Source: the human T2T-CHM13v2.0 reference genome, Homo sapiens
Assembly: GCF_009914755.1 (NCBI RefSeq)
Contig: NC_060948.1
Reading direction: 5' to 3' (one strand)
Length of the DNA: 64,000 nt
The notes under the pieces were generated by a model. That model did not search any database. It had not been told where the DNA came from and saw nothing but the letters and a program-made list of their open reading frames with translations. The position numbers and the translations under genes were made by a program. Below, piece by piece: positions 42,032 to 61,390 of the stretch; the stretch's first letter is position 1; every line of letters begins with the position of its first letter.

Positions 42032-44136
42032 AGATCCATATTTTTTAAATGAAAAAAAATTTCAAAGGTACTCTGCTTGGTACAATAATCAAATGTATAA
42101 ACTGAGGAATAAAACATAACCATGAAACCTACTTATAACTGCATATGGAAAATACAGAGGATAATTTTTTAAATAACATATTTTGAAAGCCTTAACTAGT
42201 AATTTGAAGAGCTGGCATTTGAAAGGCCAGTATGAATATACATTCAAATCAGCAACACAGGTTCCCCATGAGAAAAAGCAAACACAGGGAAAATAAAAAC
42301 ACAAAGGTTCAATCTCTTCTGACCTTTGAAAGACACAGCACAGACAGTGGTCCTTAGGACGAAGAGCAGGAGACCCCTAATTCCGTCACCATGGCGATAG
42401 GGCATAAACATTGCTGGGTGAGGGCACAATCCACATTGTGAGGTCCAACTGCTGCCAGGAAGACAGGAGTGCTTTTACATAGACCGAAAGGTCATTGAAG
42501 GCTCAGAGTTTTGTTTCAAGAACTGAATCCCAAGCCCACACGTTATTAGGCTGCGCTTCTTAAAACAAGTTATGAGATGGGAAAAAGGGCACCCACAAAC
42601 ATACGTATACATTATGTATATAATAATATACAGTGTCATATATTTAATATATATAACCTATGTATAATATTGTTTTACATCCTGCATCTTATGTTATATA
42701 TATTGTATAAAATATAATAATTGATAATATATAAGTTTTATAATTATACAATATGACATATAGTATATATTATAATTTATGACATATATAATATATGTTA
42801 TATGTCATATATAGAATATATTATACGGTTAATATACGTATTAAATATAAATTACACATTATATATATTATATATAATATATCTGTTATATATAATACCC
42901 ATTATGCATAATATATATATTATGTCTATGTTATATATAGTATAAAACAACATATAATAATATATAATTGTATATATAAAATGCGACATATAATATATAT
43001 TATATTTTATAACATATGTAATATATATTATATATTATATATAATACGTTGTATGTATAATACCTATATTAAATATATATTATATGACTATGTTATTAAT
43101 TACATGTCACATGTGTTATATATTATATATTTTACATAGAATATACCGGTTACATACAATATATACTATGTTACCTATAATGTATAATTTATTACATGTA
43201 AAATAAAGAATGCAATATATTATGTATAATTTATAATATACCATATGTGGAATGTGATATATATAACATATAATATATGATATATGATATACAGTATATG
43301 ATATATAACATACAATATATGATTCCTAATATATATTGTATACAATATATATTTTATGATATGTATTCTATATGTTTTATATTCTGTTATATATAACTAT
43401 TTGAAATTATATATAACTGTATAATATTTTATGTAAATATGTAATATAATATATATAACTATATAATATATTACATATAACTATATATTATGTTATATAT
43501 ACTTTTATAACATAATTTACATAAAATATCATAATGTAATATATATTATATTATTTCATATTACATAATATATATTACATATCACCCAATATAACTAACA
43601 TACATAATATTATAATATAGATTATATTGTGTTATATTAAATATCATATATATCATGTATCATATATTCTATAATATATATTACACATTATATAATATGT
43701 ATGTTGTCTATTATGTGATATATATAACTATATATATAATTATATTTTTATACATATAACTAGATAAACATGTAATTCTACATATTTTCATTTATAATAT
43801 GTAGAATTATATAATCATATATAATTATTTATATTCTATAAAAAATTTTATCATTATATAAATTATAATATATAAAAATTATAATATGTACTACAAATAT
43901 ATATATTATATATCATATATGATATAGTACCTTTGTTATATATCATAATACATATAAATGTGTATTATGTTATCTATAATTATATAATTTCATATATAAG
44001 ATGTATAATATGTATCATATATTATATATGTTATGTAATATATATAGTATATATAAGATGACACAGGATAAATATTATATACTATGACATATAAAATATA
44101 TCAGGTTATATGTTACATATAAGGCATAGCACATAA

Positions 44137-44451
<315 letters not shown>

Positions 44452-46579
44452 AGATCCATATTTTTTAAATGAAAAAAAATTTCAAAGGTACTCTGCTTGG
44501 TACAATAATCAAATGTATAAACTGAGGAATAAAACATAACCATGAAACCTACTTATAACTGCATATGGAAAATACAGAGGATAATTTTTTAAATAACATA
44601 TTTTGAAAGCCTTAACTAGCAATTTGAAGAGTTGGCATTTGAAAGGCCAGTATGAATATACCTTCAAATCAGCAACACAGGTTCCCCATGAGAAAAAGCA
44701 AACACAGGGAAAATAAAAACACAAAGGTTCAATCTCTTTTGACCTTTGAAAGACACAGCACAGACAGTGGTCCTTAGGACGAAGAGCAGGAGACCCCTAA
44801 TTCCGTCACCATGGCGATAGGGCATAAACATTGCTGGGTGAGGGCACAATCCACATTGTGAGGTCCAACTGCTGCCAGGAAGACAGGAGTGCTTTTACAT
44901 AGACCGAAAGGTCATTGAAGGCTCAGAGTTTTGTTTCAAGAACTGAATCCCAAGCCCACACGTTATTAGGCTGCGCTTCTTAAAACAAGTTATGAGATGG
45001 GAAAAAGGGCACCCACAAACATACGTATACATTATGTATATAATAATATACAGTATCATATATATAATATATATAACCTATGTATAATATTGTTTTACAT
45101 CCTGCATCTTATGTTATATATATTGTATAAAATATAATAATTGATAATATATAAGATTTATAATTATACAATATGACATATAGTATATATTATAATTTAT
45201 GACATATATAATATATGTTATATATCATATGTAGAATATATTATACGGTTAATATACGTATTAAATATAAATTATACATTATATATATTATATATAATAT
45301 ATCTGTTATATATAATACACATTATGCATAATATATATATTATGTCTATGTTATATATAGTATAAAACAACATATAATAATGTATAATTGTATATATAAA
45401 ATGCGACATATAATATATATTATATTTTATAACATATGTAATATATACTATATATTATATATAATACGTTGTATGTATAATACCTATATTAAATATATAT
45501 TATATGACTATGTTATTAATTACATGTCACATGTGTTATATATTATACATTTTACATAGAATATACCGGTTACATACAATATATACTATGTTACCTATAA
45601 TGTGTAATTTATTACATGTAAAATAAAGAATGCAATATATTATGTATAATTTATAATATACAATATGTGGAATGTGATATAGATAACATATAATATATGA
45701 TATATGATATACAGTATATGATATATAACATACAATATATGATTCCTAATATATATGGTATACAATATATATTTTATGATATGTATTCTATATGTTTTAT
45801 ATTCTGTTATATATAACTATTTGAAATTATATATAACTGTATAATATTTTATGTAAATATGTAATATAATATATATAACTATATAATATATTATAGATAA
45901 CTATATATTATGTTATATATACTTTTATAACATAATTTACATAAAATATCATAATATAATATATATTATATTATTTCATATTACATAATATATATTACAT
46001 ATCACCCAATATAACTAACATACATAATATTATAATATAGATTATATTGTGTTATATTATATATCATATATATCATGTATCATATATTCTATAATATATA
46101 TTACACATTATATAATATGTATGTTGTCTATTATGTGATATATATAACTATATATATAATTATATTTTTATACATATAACTAGATAAACATGTAATTCTA
46201 CATATTTTCATTTATAATATGTAGAATTATATAATCATATATAATTATTTATATTCTATAAAAAATTTTATCATTATATAAATTATAATATATAAAAATT
46301 ATAATATGTACTACAAATATATATATTATATATCATATATGATATAGTACCTTTGTTATATATCATAATACATATAAATGTGTATTATGTTATCTATAAT
46401 TATATAATTTCATATATAAGATGTACAATATGTATCATATATTATATATGTTATGTAATATATATAGTATATATAAGATGACACAGGATAAATATTATAT
46501 ACTATGACATATAAAATATATCAGGTTATATGTTACATATAAGGCATAGCACATAACATGTAATATGTATCATATATAA

Positions 46580-46871
46580 TTTTTTTTTAGACAGAATCTT
46601 GTCCTGTTGCACAGGGTGGGGTACAATGGCGCCATCTTTGCTCACTGCAACTTCTGCCTCATGGGTCCAAGCGATTGTCCTCCCTCAGCCTCCCAGGTAG
46701 CTGGGACTACACCACACTGGGACTACACCAGCTGCCACCATGCCTAGCTAATTTTTTGTATTTTTAGTAGTGACAGCGTTTCACTGTATTGGCCAGGATG
46801 GTCTTGATCTCTTCACCTTGTGATCCCCTTGCCTTGGCCTCCAAATTTGCTGGGATTACAGGCCTGAGCCA
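46580..46871 (-). mobile_element. DYZ2-embedded Alu copy
   Basis: Same antisense Alu. Confidence 0.93.
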
Positions 46872-48975
46872 AGATCCATATTTTTTAAATGAAAAAAAAT
46901 TTCAAAGGTACTCTGCTTGGTACAATAATCAAATGTATAAACTGAGGAATAAAACATAACCATGAAACCTACTTATAACTGCATATGGAAAATACAGAGG
47001 ATAATTTTTTAAATAACATATTTTGAAAGCCTTAACTAGTAATTTGAAGAGTTGGCATTTGAAAGGCCAGTATGAATATACCTTCAAAGCAGCAACACAG
47101 GTTCCCCATGAGAAAAAGCAAACACAGGGAAAATAAAAACACAAAGGTTCAATCTCTTCTGACCTTTGAAAGACACAGCACAGACAGTGGTCCTTAGGAC
47201 GAAGAGCAGGAGACCCCTAATTCCGTCACCATGGCGATAGGGCATAAACATTGCTGGGTGAGGGCACAATCCACATTGTGAGGTCCAACTGCTGCCAGGA
47301 AGACAGGAGTGCTTTTACATAGACCGAAAGGTCATTGAAGGCTCAGAGTTTTGTTTCAAGAACTGAATCCCAAGCCCACACGTTATTAGGCTGCGCTTCT
47401 TAAAACAAGTTATGAGATGGGAAAAAGGGCACCCACAAACATACGTATACATTATGTATATAATAATATACAGTATCATATATATACTATATATAACCTA
47501 TGTATAATATTGTTTTACATCCTGCATCTTATGTTATATATATTGTATAGAATATAATAATTGATAATATATAAGTTTTATAAATATACAATATGACATA
47601 TAGTATATATTATAATTTATGACATATATAATATATGTTATATGTCATATATAGAATATATTATACGGTTAATATACGTATTAAATATAAATTATACATT
47701 ATATATATTATATATAATATATCTGTTATATATAATACCCATTATGCATAATATATATATTATGTCTATGTTATATATAGTATAAAACAACATATAATAA
47801 TATATAATTGTATATATAAAATGCGACATATAATATATATTATATTTTATAACATATGTAATATATATTATATATTATATATAATATGTTGTATGTATAA
47901 TACCTATATTAAATATATATTATTTGACTATGTTATTAATTACATGTCACATGTGTTATATATTGTATATTTTACATAGAATATATCGGTTACATACAAT
48001 ATATACTATGTTACCTATAATGTATAATTTATTACATGTAAAATAAAGAATGCAATATATTATGTATAATTTATAATATACCATATGTGGAATGGATATA
48101 TATAACATATAATATATGATATATGATATACAGTATATGATATATAACATACAATATATGATTCCTAATATATATGGTATACAATATATATTTTATGATA
48201 TGTATTCTATATGTTTTATATTCTGTTATATATAACTATTTGAAATTATATATAACTGTATAATATTTTATGTAAATATGTAATATAATATATATAACTA
48301 TATAATATATTATATATAACTATATATTATGTTATATATACTTTCATAACATAATTTACATAAAATATCATAATATAATATATATTATATTATTTCATAT
48401 TACATAATATATATTACATATCACCCAATATAACTAACATACATAATATTATAATATAGATTATATTATGTTATATTAAATATCATATAAATCATGTATC
48501 ATATATTCTATAATATATATTACACATTATATAATATGTATGTTGTCTATTATGTGATATATATAACTATATATATAATTATATTTTTATACATATAACT
48601 AGATAAACATGTAATTCTACATATTTTCATTTATAATATGTAGAATTATATAATCATATATAATTATTTATATTCTATAAAAAATTTTATCATTACATAA
48701 ATTATAATATATAAAAATTATAATATGTACTACAAATATATATATTATATATCATATATGATATAGTACCTTTGTTATATATCATAATACATATAAATGT
48801 GTATTATGTTATCTATAATTATATAATTTCATATATAAGATGTATAATATGTATCATATATTATATATGTTATGTAATATATATAGTATATATAAGATGA
48901 CACAGGATAAATATTATATACTATGACATATAAAATATATGAGGTTATATGTTACATATAAGGCATAGCACATAA

Positions 48976-49290
<315 letters not shown>

Positions 49291-51395
49291 AGATCCATAT
49301 TTTTTAAATGAAAAAAAATTTCAAAGGTACTCTGCTTGGTACAATAATCAAATGTATAAACTGAGGAATAAAACATAACCATGAAACCTACTTATAACTG
49401 CATATGGAAAATACAGAGGATAATTTTTTAAATAACATATTTTGAAAGCCTTAACTAGTAATTTGAAGAGCTGGCATTTGAAAGGCCAGTATGAATATAC
49501 ATTCAAATCAGCAACACAGGTTCCCCATGAGAAAAAGCAAACACAGGGAAAATAAAAACACAAAGGTTCAATCTCTTCTGACCTTTGAAAGACACAGCAC
49601 AGACAGTGGTCCTTAGGACGAAGAGCAGGAGACCCCTAATTCCGTCACCATGGCGATAGGGCATAAACATTGCTGGGTGAGGGCACAATCCACATTGTGA
49701 GGTCCAACTGCTGCCAGGAAGACAGGAGTGCTTTTACATAGACCGAAAGGTCATTGAAGGCTCAGAGTTTTGTTTCAAGAACTGAATCCCAAGCCCACAC
49801 GTTATTAGGCTGCGCTTCTTAAAACAAGTTATGAGATGGGAAAAAGGGCACCCACAAACATACGTATACATTATGTATATAATAATATACAGTGTCATAT
49901 ATTTAATATATATAACCTATGTATAATATTGTTTTACATCCTGCATCTTATGTTATATATATTGTATAAAATATAATAATTGATAATATATAAGTTTTAT
50001 AATTATACAATATGACATATAGTATATATTATAATTTATGACATATATAATATATGTTATATGTCATATATAGAATATATTATACGGTTAATATACGTAT
50101 TAAATATAAATTACACATTATATATATTATATATAATATATCTGTTATATATAATACCCATTATGCATAATATATATATTATGTCTATGTTATATATAGT
50201 ATAAAACAACATATAATAATATATAATTGTATATATAAAATGCGACATATAATATATATTATATTTTATAACATATGTAATATATATTATATATTATATA
50301 TAATACGTTGTATGTATAATACCTATATTAAATATATATTATATGACTATGTTATTAATTACATGTCACATGTGTTATATATTATATATTTTACATAGAA
50401 TATACCGGTTACATACAATATATACTATGTTACCTATAATGTATAATTTATTACATGTAAAATAAAGAATGCAATATATTATGTATAATTTATAATATAC
50501 CATATGTGGAATGTGATATATATAACATATAATATATGATATATGATATACAGTATATGATATATAACATACAATATATGATTCCTAATATATATTGTAT
50601 ACAATATATATTTTATGATATGTATTCTATATGTTTTATATTCTGTTATATATAACTATTTGAAATTATATATAACTGTATAATATTTTATGTAAATATG
50701 TAATATAATATATATAACTATATAATATATTACATATAACTATATATTATGTTATATATACTTTTATAACATAATTTACATAAAATATCATAATGTAATA
50801 TATATTATATTATTTCATATTACATAATATATATTACATATCACCCAATATAACTAACATACATAATATTATAATATAGATTATATTGTGTTATATTAAA
50901 TATCATATATATCATGTATCATATATTCTATAATATATATTACACATTATATAATATGTATGTTGTCTATTATGTGATATATATAACTATATATATAATT
51001 ATATTTTTATACATATAACTAGATAAACATGTAATTCTACATATTTTCATTTATAATATGTAGAATTATATAATCATATATAATTATTTATATTCTATAA
51101 AAAATTTTATCATTATATAAATTATAATATATAAAAATTATAATATGTACTGCAAATATATATATTATATATCATATATGATATAGTACCTTTGTTATAT
51201 ATCATAATACATATAAATGTGTATTATGTTATCTATAATTATATAATTTCATATATAAGATGTATAATATGTATCATATATTATATATGTTATGTAATAT
51301 ATATAGTATATATAAGATGACACAGGATAAATATTATATACTATGACATATAAAATATATCAGGTTATATGTTACATATAAGGCATAGCACATAA

Positions 51396-51710
<315 letters not shown>

Positions 51711-53838
51711 AGATCCATATTTTTTAAATGAAAAAAAATTTCAAAGGTACTCTGCTTGGTACAATAATCAAATGTATAAACTGAGGAATAAAACATAACC
51801 ATGAAACCTACTTATAACTGCATATGGAAAATACAGAGGATAATTTTTTAAATAACATATTTTGAAAGCCTTAACTAGTAATTTGAAGAGTTGGCATTTG
51901 AAAGGCCAGTATGAATATACCTTCAAATCAGCAACACAGGTTCCCCATGAGAAAAAGCAAACACAGGGAAAATAAAAACACAAAGGTTCAATCTCTTTTG
52001 ACCTTTGAAAGACACAGCACAGACAGTGGTCCTTAGGACGAAGAGCAGGAGACCCCTAATTCCGTCACCATGGCGATAGGGCATAAACATTGCTGGGTGA
52101 GGGCACAATCCACATTGTGAGGTCCAACTGCTGCCAGGAAGACAGGAGTGCTTTTACATAGACCGAAAGGTCATTGAAGGCTCAGAGTTTTGTTTCAAGA
52201 ACTGAATCCCAAGCCCACACGTTATTAGGCTGCGCTTCTTAAAACAAGTTATGAGATGGGAAAAAGGGCACCCACAAACATACGTATACATTATGTATAT
52301 AATAATATACAGTATCATATATATAATATATATAACCTATGTATAATATTGTTTTACATCCTGCATCTTATGTTATATATATTGTATAAAATATAATAAT
52401 TGATAATATATAAGATTTATAATTATACAATATGACATATAGTATATATTATAATTTATGACATATATAATATATGTTATATATCATATGTAGAATATAT
52501 TATACGGTTAATATACGTATTAAATATAAATTATACATTATATATATTATATATAATATATCTGTTATATATAATACACATTATGCATAATATATATATT
52601 ATGTCTATGTTATATATAGTATAAAACAACATATAATAATGTATAATTGTATATATAAAATGCGACATATAATATATATTATATTTTATAACATATGTAA
52701 TATATACTATATATTATATATAATACGTTGTATGTATAATACCTATATTAAATATATATTATATGACTATGTTATTAATTACATGTCACATGTGTTATAT
52801 ATTATACATTTTACATAGAATATACCGGTTACATACAATATATACTATGTTACCTATAATGTGTAATTTATTACATGTAAAATAAAGAATGCAATATATT
52901 ATGTATAATTTATAATATACAATATGTGGAATGTGATATATATAACATATAATATATGATATATGATATACAGTATATGATATATAACATACAATATATG
53001 ATTCCTAATATATATGGTATACAATATATATTTTATGATATGTATTCTATATGTTTTATATTCTGTTATATATAACTATTTGAAATTATATATAACTGTA
53101 TAATATTTTATGTAAATATGTAATATAATATATATAACTATATAATATATTATAGATAACTATATATTATGTTATATATACTTTTATAACATAATTTACA
53201 TAAAATATCATAATATAATATATATTATATTATTTCATATTACATAATATATATTACATATCACCCAATATAACTAACATACATAATATTATAATATAGA
53301 TTATATTGTGTTATATTAAATATCATATATATCATGTATCATATATTCTATAATATATATTACACATTATATAATATGTATGTTGTCTATTATGTGATAT
53401 ATATAACTATATATATAATTATATTTTTATACATATAACTAGATAAACATGTAATTCTACATATTTTCATTTATAATATGTAGAATTATATAATCATATA
53501 TAATTATTTATATTCTATAAAAAATTTTATCATTATATAAATTATAATATATAAAAATTATAATATGTACTACAAATATATATATTATATATCATATATG
53601 ATATAGTACCTTTGTTATATATCATAATACATATAAATGTGTATTATGTTATCTATAATTATATAATTTCATATATAAGATGTATAATATGTATCATATA
53701 TTATATATGTTATGTAATATATATAGTATATATAAGATGACACAGGATAAATATTATATACTATGACATATAAAATATATCAGGTTATATGTTACATATA
53801 AGGCATAGCACATAACATGTAATATGTATCATATATAA

Positions 53839-54130
53839 TTTTTTTTTAGACAGAATCTTGTCCTGTTGCACAGGGTGGGGTACAATGGCGCCATCTTTGC
53901 TCACTGCAACTTCTGCCTCATGGGTCCAAGCGATTGTCCTCCCTCAGCCTCCCAGGTAGCTGGGACTACACCACACTGGGACTACACCAGCTGCCACCAT
54001 GCCTAGCTAATTTTTTGTATTTTTAGTAGTGACAGCGTTTCACTGTATTGGCCAGGATGGTCTTGATCTCTTCACCTTGTGATCCCCTTGCCTTGGCCTC
54101 CAAATTTGCTGGGATTACAGGCCTGAGCCA
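53839..54130 (-). mobile_element. DYZ2-embedded Alu copy
   Basis: Same antisense Alu. Confidence 0.93.
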
Positions 54131-56257
54131 AGATCCATATTTTTTAAATGAAAAAAAATTTCAAAGGTACTCTGCTTGGTACAATAATCAAATGTATAAA
54201 CTGAGGAATAAAACATAACCATGAAACCTACTTATAACTGCATATGGAAAATACAGAGGATAATTTTTTAAATAACATATTTTGAAAGCCTTAACTAGTA
54301 ATTTGAAGAGCTGGCATTTGAAAGGCCAGTATGAATATACCTTCAAATAAGCAACACAGGTTCCCCATGAGAAAAAGCAAACACAGGGAAAATAAAAACA
54401 CAAAGGTTCAATCTCTTCTGACCTTTGAAAGACACAGCACAGACAGTGGTCCTTAGGACGAAGAGCAGGAGACCCCTAATTCCGTCACCATGGCGATAGG
54501 GCATAAACATTGCTGGGTGAGGGCACAATCCACATTGTGAGGTCCAACTGCTGCCAGGAAGACAGGAGTGCTTTTACATAGACCGAAAGGTCATTGAAGG
54601 CTCAGAGTTTTGTTTCAAGAACTGAATCCCAAGCCCACACGTTATTAGGCTGCGCTTCTTAAAACAAGTTATGAGATGGGAAAAAGGGCACCCACAAACA
54701 TACGTATACATTATGTATATAATAATATACAGTATCATATATATAATATATATAACCTATGTATAATATTGTTTTACATCCTGCATCTTATGTTATATAT
54801 ATTGTATAAAATATAATAATTGATAATATATAAGTTTTATAATTATACAATATGACATATAGTATATATTATAATTTATGACATATATAATATATGTTAT
54901 ATATCATATGTAGAATATATTATACGGTTAATATACGTATTAAATATAAACTATACATTATATATATTATATATAATATATCTGTTATATATAATACCCA
55001 TTATGCATAATATATATATTATGTCTATGTTATATATAGTATAAAACAACATATAATAATATATAATTGTATATATAAAATGCGACATATAATATATATT
55101 ATATTTTATAACATATGTAATATATATTATATATTATATATAATACGTTGTATGTATAATACCTATATTAAATATATATTATATGACTATGTTATTAATT
55201 ACATATCACATGTGTTATATATTATATATTTTACATAGAATATACCGGTTACATACAATATATACTATGTTACCTATAATGTGTAATTTATTACATGTAA
55301 AATAAAGAATGCAATATATTATGTATAATTTATAATATACAATATGTGGAATGTGATATATATAACATATAATATATGATATATGATATACAGTATATGA
55401 TATATAACATACAAAATATGATTCCTAATATATATGGTATACAATATATATTTTATGATATGTATTCTATATGTTTTATATTCTGTTATATATAACTATT
55501 TGAAATTATATATAACTGTATAATATTTTATGTAAATATGTAATATAATATATATAACTATATAATATATTATAGATAACTATATATTATGTTATATATA
55601 CTTTTATAACATAATTTACATAAAATATCATAATATAATATATATTATATTATTTCATATTATATAATATATATTACATATCACCCAATATAACTAACAT
55701 ACATAATATTATAATATAGATTATATTGTGTTATATTAAATATCATATATATCATGTATCATATATTCTATAATATATATTACACATTATATAATATGTA
55801 TGTTGTCTATTATGTGATATATATAACTATATATATAATTATATTTTTATACATATAACTAGATAAACATGTAATTCTACATATTTTCATTTATAATATG
55901 TAGAATTATATAATCATATATAATTATTTATATTCTATAAAAATTTTATCATTATATAAATTATAATATATAAAAATTATAATATGTACTACAAATATAT
56001 ATATTATATATCATATATGATATAGTACCTTTGTTATATATCATAATACATATAAATGTGTATTATGTTATCTATAATTATATAATTTCATATATAAGAT
56101 GTATAATATGTATCATATATTATATATGTTATGTAATATATATAGTATATATAAGATGACACAGGATAAATATTATATACTATGACATATAAAATATATC
56201 AGGTTATATGTTACATATAAGGCATAGCACATAACATGTAATATGTATCATATATAA

Positions 56258-56549
56258 TTTTTTTTTAGACAGAATCTTGTCGTGTTGCACAGGGTGGGGT
56301 ACAATGGCGCCATCTTTGCTCACTGCAACTTCTGCCTCATGGGTCCAAGCGATTGTCCTCCCTCAGCCTCCCAGGTAGCTGGGACTACACCACACTGGGA
56401 CTACACCAGCTGCCACCATGCCTAGCTAATTTTTTGTATTTTTAGTAGTGACAGCGTTTCACTGTATTGGCCAGTATGGTCTTGATCTCTTCACCTTGTG
56501 ATCCCCTTGCCTTGGCCTCCAAATTTGCTGGGATTACAGGCCTGAGCCA
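56258..56549 (-). mobile_element. DYZ2-embedded Alu copy
   Basis: Same antisense Alu. Confidence 0.93.
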
Positions 56550-58654
56550 AGATCCATATTTTTTAAATGAAAAAAAATTTCAAAGGTACTCTGCTTGGTA
56601 CAATAATCAAATGTATAAACTGAGGAATAAAACATAACCATGAAACCTACTTATAACTGCATATGGAAAATACAGAGGATAATTTTTTAAATAACATATT
56701 TTGAAAGCCTTAACTAGTAATTTGAAGAGTTGGCATTTGAAAGGCCAGTATGAATATACCTTCAAAGCAGCAACACAGGTTCCCCATGAGAAAAAGCAAA
56801 CACAGGGAAAATAAAAACACAAAGGTTCAATCTCTTCTGACCTTTGAAAGACACAGCACAGACAGTGGTCCTTAGGACGAAGAGCAGGAGACCCCTAATT
56901 CCGTCACCATGGCGATAGGGCATAAACATTGCTGGGTGAGGGCACAATCCACATTGTGAGGTCCAACTGCTGCCAGGAAGACAGGAGTGCTTTTACATAG
57001 ACCGAAAGGTCATTGAAGGCTCAGAGTTTTGTTTCAAGAACTGAATCCCAAGCCCACACGTTATTAGGCTGCGCTTCTTAAAACAAGTTATGAGATGGGA
57101 AAAAGGGCACCCACAAACATACGTATACATTATGTATATAATAATATACAGTGTCATATATTTAATATATATAACCTATGTATAATATTGTTTTACATCC
57201 TGCATCTTATGTTATATATATTGTATAAAATATAATAATTGATAATATATAAGTTTTATAATTATACAATATGACATATAGTATATATTATAATTTATGA
57301 CATATATAATATATGTTATATGTCATATATAGAATATATTATACGGTTAATATACGTATTAAATATAAATTATACATTATATATATTATATATAATATAT
57401 CTGTTATATATAATACCCATTATGCATAATATATATATTATGTCTATGTTATATATAGTATAAAACAACATATAATAATATATAATTGTATATATAAAAT
57501 GCGACATATAATATATATTATATTTTATAACATATGTAATTTATATTATATATTATATATAATACGTTGTATGTATAATACCTATATTAAATATATATTA
57601 TATGACTATGTTATTAATTACATGTCACATGTGTTATATATTATATATTTTACATAGAATATACCGGTTACATACAATATATACTATGTTACCTATAATG
57701 TATAATTTATTACATGTAAAATAAAGAATGCAATATATTATGTATAATTTATAATATACCATATGTGGAATGTGATATATATAACATATAATATATGATA
57801 TATGATATACAGTATATGATATATAACATACAATATATGATTCCTAATATATATTGTATACAATATATATTTTATGATATGTATTCTATATGTTTTATAT
57901 TCTGTTATATATAACTATTTGAAATTATATATAACTGTATAATATTTTATGTAAATATGTAATATAATATATATAACTATATAATATATTACATATAACT
58001 ATATATTATGTTATATATACTTTTATAACATAATTTACATAAAATATCATAATGTAATATATATTATATTATTTCATATTACATAATATATATTACATAT
58101 CACCCAATATAACTAACATACATAATATTATAATATAGATTATATTGTGTTATATTAAATATCATATATATCATGTATCATATATTATATAATATATATT
58201 ACACATTATATAATATGTATGTTGTCTATTATGTGATATATATAACTATATATATAATTATATTTTTATACATATAACTAGATAAACATGTAATTCTACA
58301 TATTTTCATTTATAATATGTAGAATTATATAATCATATATAATTATTTATATTCTATAAAAAATTTTATCATAATATAAATTATAATATATAAAAATTAT
58401 AATATGTACTACAAATATATATATTATATATCATATATGATATAGTACCTTTGTTATATATCATAATACATATAAATGTGTATTATGTTATCTATAATTA
58501 TATAATTTCATATATAAGATGTATAATATGTATCATATATTATATATGTTATGTAATATATATAGTATATATAAGATGACACAGGATAAATATTATATAC
58601 TATGACATATAAAATATATGAGGTTATATGTTACATATAAGGCATAGCACATAA

Positions 58655-58969
<315 letters not shown>

Positions 58970-61097
58970 AGATCCATATTTTTTAAATGAAAAAAAATTT
59001 CAAATGTACTCTGCTTGGTACAATAATCAAATGTATAAACTGAGGAATAAAACATAACCATGAAACCTACTTATAACTGCATATGGAAAATACAGAGGAT
59101 AATTTTTTAAATAACATATTTTGAAAGCCTTAACTAGTAATTTGAAGAGCTGGCATTTGAAAGGCCAGTATGAATATACCTTCAAATCAGCAACACAGGT
59201 TCCCCATGAGAAAAAGCAAACACAGGGAAAATAAAAACACAAAGGTTCAATCTCTTCTGACCTTTGAAAGACACAGCACAGACAGTGGTCCTTAGGACGA
59301 AGAGCAGGAGACCCCTAATTCCGTCACCATGGCGATAGGGCATAAACATTGCTGGGTGAGGGCACAATCCACATTGTGAGGTCCAACTGCTGCCAGGAAG
59401 ACAGGAGTGCTTTTACATAGACCGAAAGGTCATTGAAGGCTCAGAGTTTTGTTTCAAGAACTGAATCCCAAGCCCACACGTTATTAGGCTGCGCTTCTTA
59501 AAACAAGTTATGAGATGGGAAAAAGGGCACCCACAAACATACGTATACATTATGTATATAATAATATACAGTATCATATATATAATATATATAACCTATG
59601 TATAATATTGTTTTACATCCTGCATCTTATGTTATATATATTGTATAAAATATAATAATTGATAATATATAAGTTTTATAATTATACAATATGACATATA
59701 GTATATATTATAATTTATGACATATATAATATATGTTATATATCATATGTAGAATATATTATACGGTTAATATACGTATTAAATATAAATTATACATTAT
59801 ATATATTATATATAATATATCTGTTATATATAATACCCATTATGCATAATATATATATTATGTCTATGTTATATATAGTATAAAACAACATATAATAATA
59901 TATAATTGTATATATAAAATGCGACATATAATATATATTATATTTTATAACATATGTAATATATATTATATATTATATATAATACGTTGTATGTATAATA
60001 CCTATATTAAATATATATTATATGACTATGTTATTAATTACATGTCACATGTGTTATATATTATATATTTTACATAGAATATACCGGTTACATACAATAT
60101 ATACTATGTTACCTATAATGTGTAATTTATTACATGTAAAATAAAGAATGCAATATATTATGTATAATTTATAATATACAATATGTGGAATGTGATATAT
60201 ATAACATATAATATATGATATATGATTTACAGTATATGATATATAACATACAATATATGATTCCTAATATATATGGTATACAATATATATTTTATGATAT
60301 GTATTCTATATGTTTTATATTCTGTTATATATAACTATTTGAAATTATATATAACTGTATAATATTTTATGTAAATATGTAATATAATATATATAACTAT
60401 ATAATATATTATAGATAACTATATATTATGTTATATATACTTTTATAACATAATTTACATAAAATATCATAATATAATATATATTATATTATTTCATATT
60501 ACATAATATATATTACATATCACCCAATATAACTAACATACATAATATTATAACATAGATTATATTGTGTTATATTAAATATCATATATATCATGTATCA
60601 TATATTCTATAATATATATTACACATTATATAATATGTATGTTGTCTATTATGTGATATATATAACTATATATATAATTATATTTTTATACATATAACTA
60701 GATAAACATGTAATTCTACATATTTTCATTTATAATATGTAGAATTATATAATCATATATAATTATTTATATTCTATAAAAAATTTTATCATTATATAAA
60801 TTATAATATATAAAAATTATAATATGTACTACAAATATATATATTATATATCATATATGATATAGTACCTTTGTTATATATCATAATACATATAAATGTG
60901 TATTATGTTATCTATAATTATATAATTTCATATATAAGATGTATAATATGTATCATATATTATATATGTTATGTAATATATATAGTATATATAAGATGAC
61001 ACAGGATAAATATTATATACTATGACATATAAAATATATCAGGTTATATGTTACATATAAGGCATAGCACATAACATGTAATATGTATCATATATAA

Positions 61098-61390
61098 TTT
61101 TTTTTTTAGACAGAATCTTGTCCTGTTGCACAGGGTGGGGTACAATGGCGCCATCTTTGCTCACTGCAACTTCTGCCTCATGGGTCCAAGCGATTGTCCT
61201 CCCTCAGCCTCCCAGGTAGCTGGGACTACACCACACTGGGACTACACCAGCTGCCACCATGCCTAGCTAATTTTTTGTATTTTTAGTAGTGACAGCGTTT
61301 CACTGTATTGGCCAGGATGGTCTTGATCTCTTCACCTTGTGATCCCCTTGCCTTGGCCTCCAAATTTGCTGGGATTACAGGCCTGAGCCA
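61098..61390 (-). mobile_element. DYZ2-embedded Alu copy (T10 tail)
   Basis: Same antisense Alu; T-run is one base longer. Confidence 0.93.

Noticed and set aside
61098-61107. T10 instead of T9 Alu tail
   Set aside because: Ordinary homopolymer slip or sequencing error
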